DNA of 63,617 nucleotides, counting the filler, from Lenisia limosa (taxonomy: Eukaryota > Protista > Breviatea): assembly GCA_001655205.1 (NCBI GenBank). It is 9 parts of 9 records of this genome, joined end to end, with 100 filler letters (N's around TTAATTAATTAA, not from the genome) between each part and the next. Parts side by side here need not be neighbours in the genome. Positions count along the whole stretch, not along the records: positions 1 to 3,116 come from LPNZ01011049.1; positions 3,217 to 4,962 come from LPNZ01004703.1; positions 5,063 to 11,324 come from LPNZ01003259.1; positions 11,425 to 27,874 come from LPNZ01007843.1; 5 more parts are not named here. One strand, given 5' to 3'. Made by a program: the position numbers and the translations under genes. Shown here piece by piece: positions 1 to 12,796 of the stretch. Numbering within the stretch: position 1 is the stretch's first letter; each line of letters starts with the position of its first letter. Below the pieces are notes generated by a model, which made no database searches, was not told the origin of the DNA, and saw only the letters and a program-made list of their open reading frames with translations.

Positions 1-1078
1 CTACCGTGAAAACAAGAGTTTGACCGGAACAGCCAGATACGCCTCTATCAACACTCATCTTGGAGTCGGTATGCTGGATGCCTTGAGTCAATAATTGTTC
101 GTCTTCTTGGCTCTTTCCTCGGGACTCTGCTTCTTTTGTTTTTCTCATTTCAAAGATAGAATTTCACCTAAAGTTTTAGTTTTTTGGCTCCCAGTTCGAA
201 ATTCCCATTTACCCCCCCCCCCCANNNNNNNNNNNNNNNNNNNNNNNNNNNNNNNNNNNNNNNNNNNNNNNNNNNNNNNNNNNNNNNNNNNNNNNNNNNN
301 NNNNNNNNNNNNNNNNNNNNNNNNNNNNNNNNNNNNNNNNNNNNNNNNNNNNNNNNNNNNNNNNNNNNNNNNNNNNNNNNNNNNNNNNNNNNNNNNNNNN
401 NNNNNNNNNNNNNNNNNNNNNNNNNNNNNNNNNNNNNNNNNNATACTTAGTACTAAGCTATTGCTTTATCGATTTCTCAAGAATATTTGGTATTTTCTTT
501 TCAATCAAATCTGACCACTCTCCCATCTCAGCGCCTACAAAGCGCATCAAATACGAGAGAATTGCTGAGAAGAAGATTGGAACATCCGTGGACTACCTTT
601 GCCGCAACTTACCATGTGAGTTGTGTACTCAACAGTAATGTCTCTTTCCCTCCAAAGAATTCTCTTCTTTTGATCATAGCGTTCTACCTTTTTCTTCACT
701 TTGGTCACCAAGATGTATATGAGACAGATAGTCGTTTTGTGGGACTGAAGTGAGCCCCTTATTTCAGTTGTGGTACACATTCTTAATGTCTCACCCACTC
801 AGCTGAATTCACTGCCTACCTCAACTACGTTCGCTCACTCAGGTGGGGAGTGTGTAATATCAATATTGTATTCGCAAGGTTTTTGCCGTCCTCCTCCTAA
901 AGCTTTATAGATATGGGGTTAACATTAGCATCAGTAGCTGACTTCTGTAGATTTGATGACAAGCCTGACTACGCGTACCTTCGGAAGATGTTCCGCGACC
1001 TCTTTGTCCGCGAGGGCTTCCATTACGATTACTACTTCGACTGGGTCATCATCAAGCAGGAGTCCCAAAAGAGGAATG
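1..1078 (+). CDS. CK1: Casein kinase 1, C-terminal kinase lobe (partial, multi-exon)
   Basis: Exons 2-68 [21 protein letters not shown], 532-615 [27 protein letters not shown], 803-842 [13 protein letters not shown], 951-1078 [31 protein letters not shown]; GT-AG boundaries in frame. The EQSRRDD...PWQGLK exon is missing and must lie in the gap at 225-442. Confidence 0.96.
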
Positions 1079-2236
1079 NNNNNNNNNNNNNNNNNNNNNN
1101 NNNNNNNNNNNNNNNNNNNNNNNNNNNNNNNNNNNNNNNNNNNNNNNNNNNNNNNNNNNNNNNNNNNNNNNNNNNNNNNNNNNNNNNNNNNNNNNNNNNN
1201 NNNNNNNNNNNNNNNNNNNNNNNNNNNNNNNNNNNNNNNNNNNNNNNNNNNNNNNNNNNNNNNNNNNNNNNNNNNNNNNNNNNNNNNNNNNNNNNNNNNN
1301 NNNNNNNNNNNNNNNNNNNNNNNNNNNNNNNNNNNNNNNNNNNNNNNNNNNNNNAGGTCAATTGGGTACAAAAAAAACTGATTGAGTGCAGAAAGCTGTA
1401 AGTTGGATGTGTTATTGTCACGCCATTGTTTCTGTATCAACATTATGGTGTTGATGGCTAGCCAAGTGTTCTCTTTTTTGTTGTTGTGTGCTCCTTTTCT
1501 CACAACGGTAGCGGGCTCTTCAACTGACGCAATTGCCGGCCAGAAGTAGATCAACTCTAACTCTGTATTTTACCCCCCCCCCCCCCNNNNNNNNNNNNNN
1601 NNNNNNNNNNNNNNNNNNNNNNNNNNNNNNNNNNNNNNNNNNNNNNNNNNNNNNNNNNNNNNNNNNNNNNNNNNNNNNNNNNNNNNNNNNNNNNGTTCTT
1701 TTTTTTTGTTCCGTGATTATTCCTCATGTCTATTAATAGTTTGTGTTTTACTGCTCTAGTAAGATGATTGTCTCCCCAGAAGATTGACTGTAGTGTGTAT
1801 ATGTTCTCAAAATATTCATTTTTGCCCGTAATTCTTGGGGGGGGGGGTGAACTGGGTATGAAATTGCAAATACATAAATAAAGAATAACAAAAAACAAAT
1901 TAGAAAAAAGAAAAACTGTTGTTACAAAACGGCCTAGGAGTCCTCAAGAAAACAGCCCTCGGAGTGGTCTGGCAGACGGGCCTCAAAGTAGTCTGTAGAT
2001 AAGAAGCAGTCCTATAATTTATACCTCTGTTTTGCTTTGTTTTTTATTTTACTCTATGATATTCCTATCCAGAACAGGCACTTACCAGAAGAGGGGTGAA
2101 TCACACAGCCGTATATGGTGATGCTATTGAAAATGGGAAACTTAAGCTGCTCCCAACACGTGTCTCTGAGAACATAAGAAAGCAAGATAGAAACTTGACC
2201 AAATTTACGAAATTTACGAATTCATCAATTCGCTAA

Positions 2237-3116
2237 CTACCTTGTACTTTCAACAGGACCCTCCCCCCACATAACGCCTTGACATACGCAGTTCTCCGTC
2301 ATCCATTCGGCCTGAATCTTCGGNNNNNNNNNNNNNNNNNNNNNNNNNNNNNNNNNNNNNNNNNNNNNNNNNNNNNNNNNNNNNNNNNNNNNNNNNNNNN
2401 NNNNNNNNNNNNNNNNNNNNNNNNNNNNNNNNNNNNNNNNNNNNNNNNAACTAAAACCTAACCAATGACCAAAGTGAAAGAAGGATGATGCGCAGAGCAG
2501 AATTAACAGGAAGAATAAGTGTGAAATGCTAAAAACATACAGTTTCATGTCATGATTTCATTGCCCAAGGATTGTCATCTTTGCTTTTTCATGTAAGGAG
2601 TTTTCTCATTTTTACGTCGGCTTTCCCCACGAGAATCAATAATAACAACGTTGCCAAGAACTTTGCTGACCCTGAACCAGGGCGCANNNNNNNNNNNNNN
2701 NNNNNNNNNNNNNNNNNNNNNNNNNNNNNNNNNNNNNNNNNNNNNNNNNNNNNNNNNNNNNNNNNNNNNNNNNNNNNNNNNNNNNNNNNNNNNNNNNNNN
2801 NNNNNNNNNNNNNNNNNNNNNNNNNNNNNNNNNNNNNNNNNNNNNNNNNNNNNNNNNNNNNNNNNNNNNNNNNNNNNNNNNNNNNNNNNNNNNNNNNNNN
2901 NNNNNNNGCGTAGTCCAAAACCCCTGGAAAATCGATTTACAAAAATGAAAAAAGTATTGCTTGCCTAGTGGAAAAGTGAAAAAAAAATGTAACAAGGGAA
3001 GCATCTTAAAATGATACGGCTAAAGTTGGGTGGATGCTTTACCTGGGTTCTTTGAGCAATAATCAGCGTTTGTTTGAACCAAGCCAGCGCATCCAGATAT
3101 ATCGAGAAATTCCGGA
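2237..3116 (-). CDS. Unidentified multi-exon gene fragments interrupted by gaps
   Basis: GC-richer exon-like patches ending at donor-like GT (about 3045-3116, 2612-2686, 2237-2323). Frame and identity not resolved. Confidence 0.25.
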
Positions 3117-3216
3117 NNNNNNNNNNNNNNNNNNNNNNNNNNNNNNNNNNNNNNNNNNNNTTAATTAATTAANNNNNNNNNNNNNNNNNNNNNNNNNNNN
3201 NNNNNNNNNNNNNNNN
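3117..3216. other. Artificial contig spacer (44N-TTAATTAATTAA-44N)
   Basis: Exact 100-nt spacer; the 12-mer gives stops in all six frames; identical at eight positions. Confidence 0.97.
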
Positions 3217-4772
3217 TTCCGACGATACGCCTATGGTCCGTAGAGCTGCCTGTAACAACCTTGGCGTATGGGGGGAGAGGGGATTTTTTTGCCCTTTTTT
3301 TTTTACTTTTTAGCAATTGCCTTATATTCCAGAATTTCCCCTTATTACAGAGAAAGTTGCCTTTTGATTTTTACATATCAAGTATTTGTATATTCGCTCT
3401 TTATTTTATTAAGAAATTTGCCCTTAATTAATCCAGAAATTCGCCCTGGTGCTCGACAAGGCCGATGTGAAGAACGAGCTCATGGCATCTTTCACCAAGC
3501 TGGCTAAGGACGACCAGGATTCTGTAGGCTCGGTTTATTGTCATATTTGGCTCCCTTTTTTTTTTGTTTTTGTGAAGAACAATAATATATTCGTGTTTAA
3601 ATGGCGCTAATATAACAGTATTGTTTAATCAAGACTTGTCATAATTTGGCTATCATATATTGTAACTAATATTCATAGTTGTTCTGATATTCATATTTAT
3701 GGACAAGAAGTGGGCTCTATTTGGCTCTCGCATCCATATTAAAGGATTCTGCAAACACTTATTCATGTTTATGGACTTCAATTGTAGATATTTAAGGACA
3801 ATCATGCTCTATTATCTAATAACAAAATTATCACCCGTATCATTTATCGCCAAAATAACACGATTATGAATTCACCCCATAGGTTCGCCTCCTCTCAGTC
3901 ACAAACTGTGTCGACATTGCCAAGTCTCTTCCCAAGGAAGACCATGCTTCAATCATTATCCCCCTGGTACGCTGAAGTGATGGGTTGCGGTGCTGTAGAA
4001 GCGACTGGCCTGGGCTGTGTTTTGTTGTTATCAACCCTTGTGTGTTTTAAGCCAACAGAGTTGATTTGGGCTTCTTTTTTTTTTCGTTTCATAAATTTTC
4101 CAATGTTACCCCCCCTCCCAGGTCAACCAGTGCGCCAAAGACAAGTCATGGCGTGTGCGCTACATGTTCGCCGAGAAGATCGTTGAGATTGCTGAGATCG
4201 TCGGAAAGGAGTTGGCACAGCCCAACCTCCTCCTATCGTTCACCAACATCATGAAGGACTCGTGGGTAGAGTTGATTTTGGGCTTTTTGTTTTGTTTCAT
4301 ACTTTTTCCAATTATTCTTTATCGATTTTTCCTTTCAACATTGTTATCAAACCTCATGTGTTGCTTGGCAACAGAGTTGGTTTTGGGTTTTTATTTTGGT
4401 TTTTTTTGCTTCATATATTTCCCAAATTTACCCCCCCCCCCTCCCATTTTTCCTGCATACCGAAGNNNNNNNNNNNNNNNNNNNNNNNNNNNNNNNNNNN
4501 NNNNNNNNNNNNNNNNNNNNNNNNNNNNNNNNNNNNNNNNNNNNNNNNNNNNNNNNNNNNNNNNNNNNNNNNNNNNNNNNNNNNNNNNNNNNNNNNNNNN
4601 NNNNNNNNNNNNNNNNNNNNNNNNNNNNNNNNNNNNNNNNNNNNNNNNNNNNTTCCCCGTTGTGCGTGACCTTGCTGTGGGAGGGAGGGGAGGTAAAAAT
4701 GTAAAATGTATTCAACGAACTAAAACCAGAAGTAGGCGACAGACAAAGTACTCCGATCCCAATTCACCATAC
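3217..4772 (+). CDS. PPP2R1: Protein phosphatase 2A scaffold (A/PR65) subunit, internal HEAT repeats (partial)
   Basis: SDDTPMVRRAACNNLG; KFALVLDKADVKNELMASFTKLAKDDQDS; VRLLSVTNCVDIAKSLP; VNQCAKDKSWRVRYMFAEKIVEIAEIVG. Truncated at both spacers. Confidence 0.95.
3995..4121 (+). repeat. Intronic repeat family C, copy ending at the PP2A-A 3' splice site
   Basis: GCGACTGGCCTGGGCT...GCCAACAGAGTTGATTTGGGCTT...TTCATAAATTTTCCAAT...TTACCCCCCCTCCCAG|exon; intron 3967-4121. Confidence 0.8.
4268..4465 (+). repeat. Intronic repeat family C, two tandem module-1 copies
   Basis: AGAGTTGATTTTGGGCTTTTTG...TTCATACTTTTTCCAATT followed by GGCAACAGAGTTGGTTTTGGG...TTCATATATTTCCCAAATTTACCCCCCCCC. Confidence 0.75.
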
Positions 4773-4835
4773 GTGTGTTATTTTTGCTAATTTGAAGGCT
4801 ATCGGTCCTTCCTAACTTTAAAGGGGGAGGGGGGA

Positions 4836-4885
4836 GTGTTGGTATCTTCGTGTTGGTATCTTCGTGTTGGTATCTTCGTGTTGTT
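4836..4885. repeat. 14-bp minisatellite (TGTTGGTATCTTCG)x3
   Basis: Three perfect tandem units read directly. Confidence 0.9.
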
Positions 4886-4962
4886 AGCCATAGGGCTTTT
4901 TTGTTTGTTTTTTTTTAATTTTTGTTTTCATATATTTTCCAATTTCACATTCGGTTCGTGAT
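4885..4962 (+). repeat. Intronic repeat family C, partial
   Basis: GGGCTTTTTTGTTTG...TTCATATATTTTCCAATTT then ATTCGGTTCGTGAT (start of module 2) at the contig end. Confidence 0.6.
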
Positions 4963-5062
4963 NNNNNNNNNNNNNNNNNNNNNNNNNNNNNNNNNNNNNN
5001 NNNNNNTTAATTAATTAANNNNNNNNNNNNNNNNNNNNNNNNNNNNNNNNNNNNNNNNNNNN
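4963..5062. other. Artificial contig spacer
   Basis: 44N-TTAATTAATTAA-44N. Confidence 0.97.
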
Positions 5063-5102
5063 GGCAGTTATTTATGGACGAGCCATAACGTGCCGCACCC
5101 AC

Positions 5103-8100
5103 CAGTTGAATTGAGGGTGGTAAGCAAGGCGTGTAGCTGGTTCCTATGTACGAGGGAGACGGACTGAGGGCGCGACCCTCGGGTCATCATTGAGGCTCTT
5201 CTGCCACTGCTCACTCCACTGGGGGGTGGGGGTAAAACGAAGGAAATTTCGATGAAGAATATTGNNNNNNNNNNNNNNNNNNNNNNNNNNNNNNNNNNNN
5301 NNNNNNNNNNNNNNNNNNNNNNNNNNNNNNNNNNNNNNNNNNNNNNNNNNNNNNNNNNNNNNNNNNNNNNNNNNNNNNNNNCGAATAATCTAAAACTCCA
5401 AACAAACAAAAAACAAAAAAACAAGCAATAACAAATATGAGCAACCAACGCTAAAACTAGACAAAAACAAAAACAAGCCCCCCGGAGGGGGGAGTAAAAT
5501 AGGAAAATTTATGAAACAAATTTTTTTTTCCAAAAATCAACTCTGTTGCCTAAACAAACAAACAAAGCCCAGGTCCTACTATGCTTATCAATGATACTGC
5601 ATCGAACACCCACCTTGTAGCGGATTTCTTGCCTGCAGAGGGAGACTCCTTGACCTTGGGTGCGAAGGGGTTTGCAGCGGAGGAGAACATCAGTTTGGCC
5701 AGCACCGAGCCCGATGTTGCGAGGAGAGACACTGTGTCGGGAGAGAGAGGGTTCATGTTCTTCTCAAGCCAACCGACCACATCGTATTCCACCTGAAGGA
5801 GGCGGAGTGAATTTCTTGAGAGATTCATCACTTTGATTAAAAAGATATAAATAAGTACCAATATGAAGGTTGAAAATCGGTCATTTTTTGGAGCTGAAGT
5901 GTAACCAAAGGTGACCACCCCTTCGCTGCACCTTTCCAGCATAGTGTTTCACTGAGAACGCAAGATCGCCTCCGATTTTGTTGGTCTCGAAGACATGGCT
6001 TGACGTCAAGTGTTCAGAGAGCTTGTCAAAAAGAGTCGTATCCGTGGCCTAAGGGGGGACTAATGTGAATCTGTGGAATGCAGTGACACGTATTTTGTAC
6101 AAAAAATGTTTCTCCCTTTTAGTTCAGTGGGGTCAAAAGGACAACTTTCAAAATAAAATATAGGAGAAGGAAGGTGCAGTCCAAGTTTCAGACCTTGGGA
6201 AAGATGCACTGTTCCTCAAGAATGGCGAGAGCTCCGGTTTTTGGCTTCTCAATGAGGTCAATAGTTGGCTAGAAAGGTCAAAATCAAGATGTTTTCAGAA
6301 ACACTAAAATAATAAGGTTCATTGTTGAGACGAATAAGCAAAAAGAGCTTTCAGACAGCATTGCAGAATCCTGTCAGCTGCCAACCTGTAAATCAAGCCC
6401 AAAGTCGATTTTCTCCCACACAATGCCTTCTTTCTCGTACTCTTCCTGAGGCAATAAATGAGATACATATTAAAACCAGTAATATTTCAAATATAATAAA
6501 GCTATTATATTACATACATATATTATAATAACTTGCAATAGCACCCCTCCCACTTGCTCCAGTTTGAACATGTGGTTATTGAAGAACTGCTGCAAGCGTT
6601 CATTGGTAAAGTTGATCAAAAACTGCTCAAAACTAAAAAGGGTAAAATAAACACAGTATCAGATAAAAACGCAAATAATAATAATGGGAACAGGCTCGTC
6701 TACAAACCAAGTGCAACGCCAATTCAAATACTCAATTCAAGTATTCCGCAAAAATTCCACAAACCTGTTGTGGAGGAGGTTTTCATATCCAGCAATGTCA
6801 AGAATACCTAGAAAGTTAATACAAAACAGACTCACTGTATCATGTGTATTATTTTTTAAAAAAAACTCCAATCCACCAATGAAGTGCTTGGCTTTGGCGG
6901 TGGTGTTAATGGCAGCATTGATGCGGGTGACAAGCCAGCCAAACAGGCGGTCATAGATGGCATACACAACCGCGTCCCTAGCAAAAGATGCCTGGAGGGA
7001 TGATTAGATGGCGATTGCATTAACACCACAGTTTGCGTGACAATAGAAGAAAAATCTCAATGTGTCACTACTCAGTATATCACTCTGTCCTGAATACATG
7101 CCAATTAATAATCGTGAACAACAAGAGCAAAGGCTATGTTTGCAGACCTGAGCAGAATTGAGCTGTTTTGCGATAGTCTGTCCTCCGGCCGAGATGTTAC
7201 GGGTGAGGAAGGTGGTTAACAATGCGTTAGCGTCCACTTGGAGGAGAGTAGCTGCATTTTCGAGCGCTTTTGCGGTGAAAAAGATGGTAATAAAAACATG
7301 TTCACAGTTAAAACGCAGATCAAAAAACACCAAGCAGTGTCATGGGAATAAACCCCCATGCATACCGGTCTGGCTTTCTTTCGAGAGTCGTGCGGCTTCG
7401 CCCGCGGACTCAAAAACAAGGTTGCCAAGGTGAAGAATGGCCGCAGTGATGGCAAATGTTTCCTTTTGTTGCTCGGCTCTGTGGAATATAAAATAGAAAC
7501 TGTCGCTTTGGTAATAGTTGGACTGGTTACCCTAGCTATAACTATCAAAAGTGATTGATATTGTGACAGACAAGGCAATCCATAAACCCAGCCCCTCTCC
7601 TCACGATAATTTCATAACGTTCATGGCATCTACAAGGTCCCTGAATTCAGCCTCATCATCGATGGACTCAACCTGATAAGTAAATATTGCTGTCTTATTT
7701 GCAATTTTTAATGGACAATATAAGAATCATGCTTGGAAATAGATTTTGGAATTCTGCGTTTATTTTCACTGTAATCTTAGAAACACTGCACATCTCCCAT
7801 TTTACAACAATATTGAAGTTCAACAAACCTCGGAAACATTTGAACGTGAGAGGAAAAGAAAGTCATCAATCTCTGTCAAAAACAGCGATTCTACAACATA
7901 AGAACTGTATCATGTTATCATCAGAGTTAATAAAATGTGAGTGAAGATGGCTGTATTTCGTGGGTAATATGTCTTCAAACTGAAAGCCTGAACAATTATC
8001 TATTGGCCTTGTTCTCCCAGACTTTTGAGATTGTCGTCAGCAGTAAAGAGCTGGTAGAAGATGTGGAACGACCGCTCTTGATTAGACATCTTTCCGATTC

Positions 8101-10399
8101 GACTCAACTCCAACAAATATGTCTCAATACTGGCTCCACAGAGCAGGTTGTTCTGAGGCAGAGGGTGATTTGAAAGCAGGAAAAGCAAACTTTTAATTAA
8201 AAGCAACTACAGAGACATATCTAGATGTATATTTTATATCTGTGCCATATCGATATGTGTTATTTCATAATCCCAAAGGAGAGTATTCACATTATAAAAA
8301 GTAAGAAAGTACAACACAGTATTCAAAGACTTGAATCAACATTATAAACCATTATAATATCCTACCTTGTCGAACTTGACCTGAATGAACTTGCCGAATC
8401 GGCTGCTGTTATCGTTTCGAATGGTCATGGCGTTGCCAAAGGCCTCGAGGATGGGGTTGGCCTTAGCAGTAAGTAAGTATAAAGGGTCGAAGGGTCATAG
8501 CAGAAAGGAACAAAGAATGTTCCAAGAATTTCCGCTATCTACAAGGCATTATCCACACACCTTGATAATCTGGTCCTCCAAGGAGGGGCCACTTTTATCT
8601 CGCCCGCTAGCGGCAATATGGGCGTAGTAAGATAGCACCTTTTTGGTCGTTTCTGTCTTACCCGCTCCTGACTCACCACTAAAAAAAAATAATATGAGAA
8701 ATTCCTGCAAAGATTCCTATGTTATCGCAAAATACCAATTTCTAACAAGAGTATTAGAAGGAAGAGTAGTAACACTTAATTATCCTTTACTCTGTCCAAG
8801 AATCAACCAAAGCTTACGTGATCAAAATTGCTTGGTTTTTATGGTCTAAAATGTCAAAAAAGGAAAGCCACATCAAAAAGCAATTTAAATGGAACTCAAT
8901 ACACAAAAAGACCTCAAAGAAATGACAAAACGTATTAACTAATGAAAACATCATATTACTCACTTATTTCAGCAGAGCGATACGCTTCGTCACAAATTGT
9001 AAACACATGGGGCGGAATTGTCTGAAAAATTAATGAATAGCATTCAACAAGGTGTTAAAGAGCAATACACAAAGTACGCACAGCAATAGGATTGTTACTC
9101 GTTCCAAACAGTCAAAAGAACAAATCCTCAAACATTTCGCTGTTTGTTTCTGAACTCAGCCATGACCTGTGGTGCGTATATCGGAAGGGTGCGGTAGGGG
9201 TTCACTGCGACCAGGAAAAGTCCGGAGTATGTCTTGATGGATCAACAAGGCAAATGCTGGGGAATTTTCACCTCTTCAGCAGAAAATATAAACCATGTGA
9301 GCTGGCGTACCTGTATCCTGGCTTTTTCATAACGGAGTTTGAGATTGTGCAAGACGGATGGCTGGGAAATAAAGAAAGTACACAATGGTGAAGATGTTAA
9401 CAGTTTCAAAGAACGGATTGGGGGGTTTTAGTACGGTATTAATCAGTAGAAGGTAAATTGTTAGGACTAGGTAACACCATCACTATCACGTAGTGCTTGT
9501 ATTAGAAGCAATACAAACTCAACTACCTCATTCAAGTGAGAAAGCTCGCCAAGGTCAGGCGTCATATCAAATCTACTGTGGTTGGCCTCGTGGCACCTTG
9601 ATAGAGGAAGCGTTTCTTCCTTCTGAACAATAAGACCCAAATGTTTTGACATTCTGATAACGGTAATGGGAGAACCTATTAAGCAATGGCTGTATGATTT
9701 ACTCAAACAAGTATCGCTTTAGACTGATGTACCCCCCTTACCCCATTAGAGCGTTCTACTATGAAGGAATCGCCTGTTCGTTTGGTGACTTTACACAATT
9801 CGAAATCATCTTCCTGTACTATTAATGAAATTGCTTCATACTGAAATATAAAATGACTGAGATACAACGCTGAATTGCGAAACTGAATCCAATCACTCTT
9901 AATCAGTCCCATCTGATGTATTGCTTTTTGGAAAAGTTGACCTTTTCCAGAATGCCTTCTGCCGAATTGAAGCCCCCAAACCTCGTCGAGACACCACACC
10001 GAGTCTTCGTGTTCATGGGGGATGCCGGTCTCTTTGGCCGGCTTCGGACTGGCAAGGTACTTGGCAAAGGCAGGAGGGAATCCTGGATTTGTTACTGCAG
10101 GGACAGGATACGTAGCATTACATTCATGTCAGAGAAGGCTGGGATTAACTTCCTCTTCTTTGATCAATTATTTGCTGCATATTTGCATTGAAACTGTAGT
10201 TACAACGTAAAGAGAAGAGCAACTTCTTAATTGTGTTTCCACCAGCGGTATAACTGTTTTTGGAAAAGTGGTGTCTTTAGCATCTGCAGCTAAGCTGCCC
10301 CCCCATTGAAATGAGAGCCAAAATGAGAATGAATACCAAATGTCCCAACAAACCAGCAATGTCTTCTAAGAACTCCGGTGCCATTGTATTGGCTTTCAT
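5103..10399 (-). CDS. Myosin heavy chain, class II-like motor domain (3'-truncated, many exons; start uncertain)
   Basis: [10 protein letters not shown]|[11 protein letters not shown]; [13 protein letters not shown]; [13 protein letters not shown]; P-loop [13 protein letters not shown]; [26 protein letters not shown]; YLLELSRI...[10 protein letters not shown]; ILDIAGYE; [22 protein letters not shown]; [14 protein letters not shown]. Confidence 0.93.
5219..5580 (-). repeat. Intronic repeat family C, copy ending at the myosin 3' splice site
   Basis: Intron 5219-5613 contains CCTGGGCTTTG...GGCAACAGAGTTGATTTTTGG...TTCATAAATTTTCC... and ends GATTATTCG[gap]CAATATTCTTCATCGAAATTTCCTTCGTTTTACCCCCACCCCCCAG|exon. 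Confidence 0.8.
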
Positions 10400-11257
10400 C
10401 TTAACTAAAAATAGTAATGCTGGTATTCACGATGAGGAAGGTGGTCATAGTGACGCGCAGGAGCGGAAAGGAACTCAAATATACTCTTATCCACGTCAAA
10501 ACTATCATATTTGCATTAATAATTGTTTTAACAAGGCCAAATACCACACTCAAAGCATACCTTGGAAGTTATCAGAACTTGGCGGAGAATATCACTACAT
10601 TTCACCATTTAACCTTGTATATATGCGCCACTAAATACTATTTAAGACTATACACAAACATGAGATAGGATTGCTGCTTGTTGCACTTGCTGCTCGCCGT
10701 GAATTCGATCTCTCGATCCTTGCTTGTGTTTTTGTTGGTTTCCCTTCCCGTGGCCCGGGCTACCCTTCAGGTAGTTATTGTCTTGTCTTGGGACAGTGCT
10801 GAGACAGTGCGCTAGTTTTTAAAGAGCGCTGGGCGCAGAGTTTGTCACTTAGAGTTCAATGGGTTCCTCCTTCGTTGCTGCGGTCCTATTTTTTATTACA
10901 GTATGTGAATTAACAACAGCACAGTAAGCGGGGATGGGCACATCTCCATATTTTTTCTCTAGGTCACATATGTTGCAATTCCGCCTTCACTGAAATATTT
11001 TAGATTCATTATACCAAGCCTAAGTATTGATATATGGAAATGAGTAACTTTCAAACACTAAGGCCGACAAAAAAAAACACTAACCCACAGGCTTTATTTC
11101 ACGACAAGTGGTGTTGAGGGGTCGTTTGTTGACAACGAAGCCGATCCACACAGTCCTGTTCCCAATGTTGGCGATGTTTGATGTTCTTTTCAATTTAATA
11201 TCAGTGTGTTTCCAGAATACCCTTTAACTGACCGTTATACTTTACACTCTTTAATAT

Positions 11258-11324
11258 TTTTACTCTCTGTAATAGTCATTCCCCCATGTCTTTTACACTC
11301 TGTAATAGTCATTCCCCCATGTCT
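11258..11324. repeat. 33-bp tandem duplication at contig end
   Basis: TTTTAC(T/A)CTCTGTAATAGTCATTCCCCCATGTCT twice. Confidence 0.85.
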
Positions 11325-11424
11325 NNNNNNNNNNNNNNNNNNNNNNNNNNNNNNNNNNNNNNNNNNNNTTAATTAATTAANNNNNNNNNNNNNNNNNNNN
11401 NNNNNNNNNNNNNNNNNNNNNNNN
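11325..11424. other. Artificial contig spacer
   Basis: 44N-TTAATTAATTAA-44N. Confidence 0.97.
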
Positions 11425-11566
11425 TTTAGGTATAATACATATATGATATATGATATATTGGACGACCATCTTTACAAAGTTGAAAAAAACCATCTTTTGA
11501 GTGCCCTTTATTTGAAGACATAAATTTGCACTTTCTTTGAAAGAATCCTCCTCCTTATTGTTCCAG

Positions 11567-12714
11567 GTTTTGAAAGACCTCCCGCCTCCACCAACGCGCA
11601 TCCCCGAAATTGTCATGCCGCCGTATGACCGGCCTTCGCACTACCCTCCCACATTCCAACCCCAGGTTCCTATGAGTAACGTTGGGCCTCAAGGAGTCCA
11701 CCCTCCAGCACCGCCTCCACCTCGACGTAAGCTGTTGTCACCGTTTTCTTGACGCTTTAGCCAATCAAGGTGACATGGGGAACCAGTATGGTCAAAACCA
11801 AAGGCAGCAGTATGGTCATGGCATGCCCCCTCAGCAGCAGCCACCAGTAATGAACCAAGGTACACGAATACCTCTTTTTATCCTTTTCCGCATCTCTTGA
11901 CTCAGTAATGTACTCAAAAAACCGACAACTTTTGAGATAATTGTCTAGGATACCCAATGCAAGGACACGAGAGGCCGCTGCAACACTACCAGGTGGGCGG
12001 TTCTTTTGAGACTCTCGTTCTCAGGTTTAGCTCGCATTTTTGAGTCCATTTTTCATATTATTCCACTGACCTCTAGGGGCCACCACCAAATCAAGCTGGA
12101 CAATTCAGACAACATAGACCTCCTCCGTCTCAAGGTATTATTGGTATTATTATGTTATCTCTTTGGAATGTCGATAGTTTTTCAGTCTTTTTTGGATGGA
12201 GGTGATGGTCAATTTGCCTGCTTTTGGTGAATATACGACGGGTTGAGGAGAAGGCAGTACAATTGTTAATCAAATATTTGTTCCCAAATCTTCAAATCAG
12301 AAAATTGTGGATTTCAGCAATACCCAGTATTGTTTTAGCCCTATTATCCCCTCTATCTTAGTGGCAACTATTAATAATTCATTCCCTAGCTTGATATAGT
12401 AGTACTACATGAGATACTAATACATACATTTTTCACGTGATTCTTGCCTTCTAATACTTAAGGTGTACCCAAAACTGCACCAGTTTGGACTGGAGGTGCC
12501 AATCAATCAAGCAGTTGGTTGCCTATCTTGTTATGTCAAACTAATCCATTAGAATCAAGCGTTCTTGGGCCCCCACCAGTTAATATTCAGCCACCAAGAA
12601 ATCAACAGGTTTGAAATTGTCGTTGGTTGTTGACACACTACTCTCTCCATATTTATTACTTCTTAGTGGAAACAACAAGGTAAGAAACAGAAGCCTCCTC
12701 CTCAACAGTGGTAG
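11567..12714 (+). CDS. Pro/Gln-rich C-terminal tail of an unidentified protein (5'-truncated, multi-exon)
   Basis: Exons VLKDLPPPPTRIPEIVMPPYDRPSHYPPTFQPQ..., ANQGDMGNQYGQNQRQQYGHGMPPQQQPP, ...WKQQGKKQKPPPQQW*; GT-AG flanks. Confidence 0.6.
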
Positions 12715-12796
12715 TTATGATGATAGATGCAGGAATTGTACAGTTGCTAGACTAGTGTGATCATATCAGCTTATTATTATACATTTACAGACACCT

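Noticed and set aside
95-514. ORF-track entries spanning N-runs (many across the window)
   Set aside because: They are open only because N codons are not read as stops.
3161-3172. TTAATTAATTAA palindrome repeated eight times, as a regulatory site, piggyBac target or CRISPR-like repeat
   Set aside because: Always centred in exactly 88 Ns and coincident with gene truncations; it is an assembly linker.
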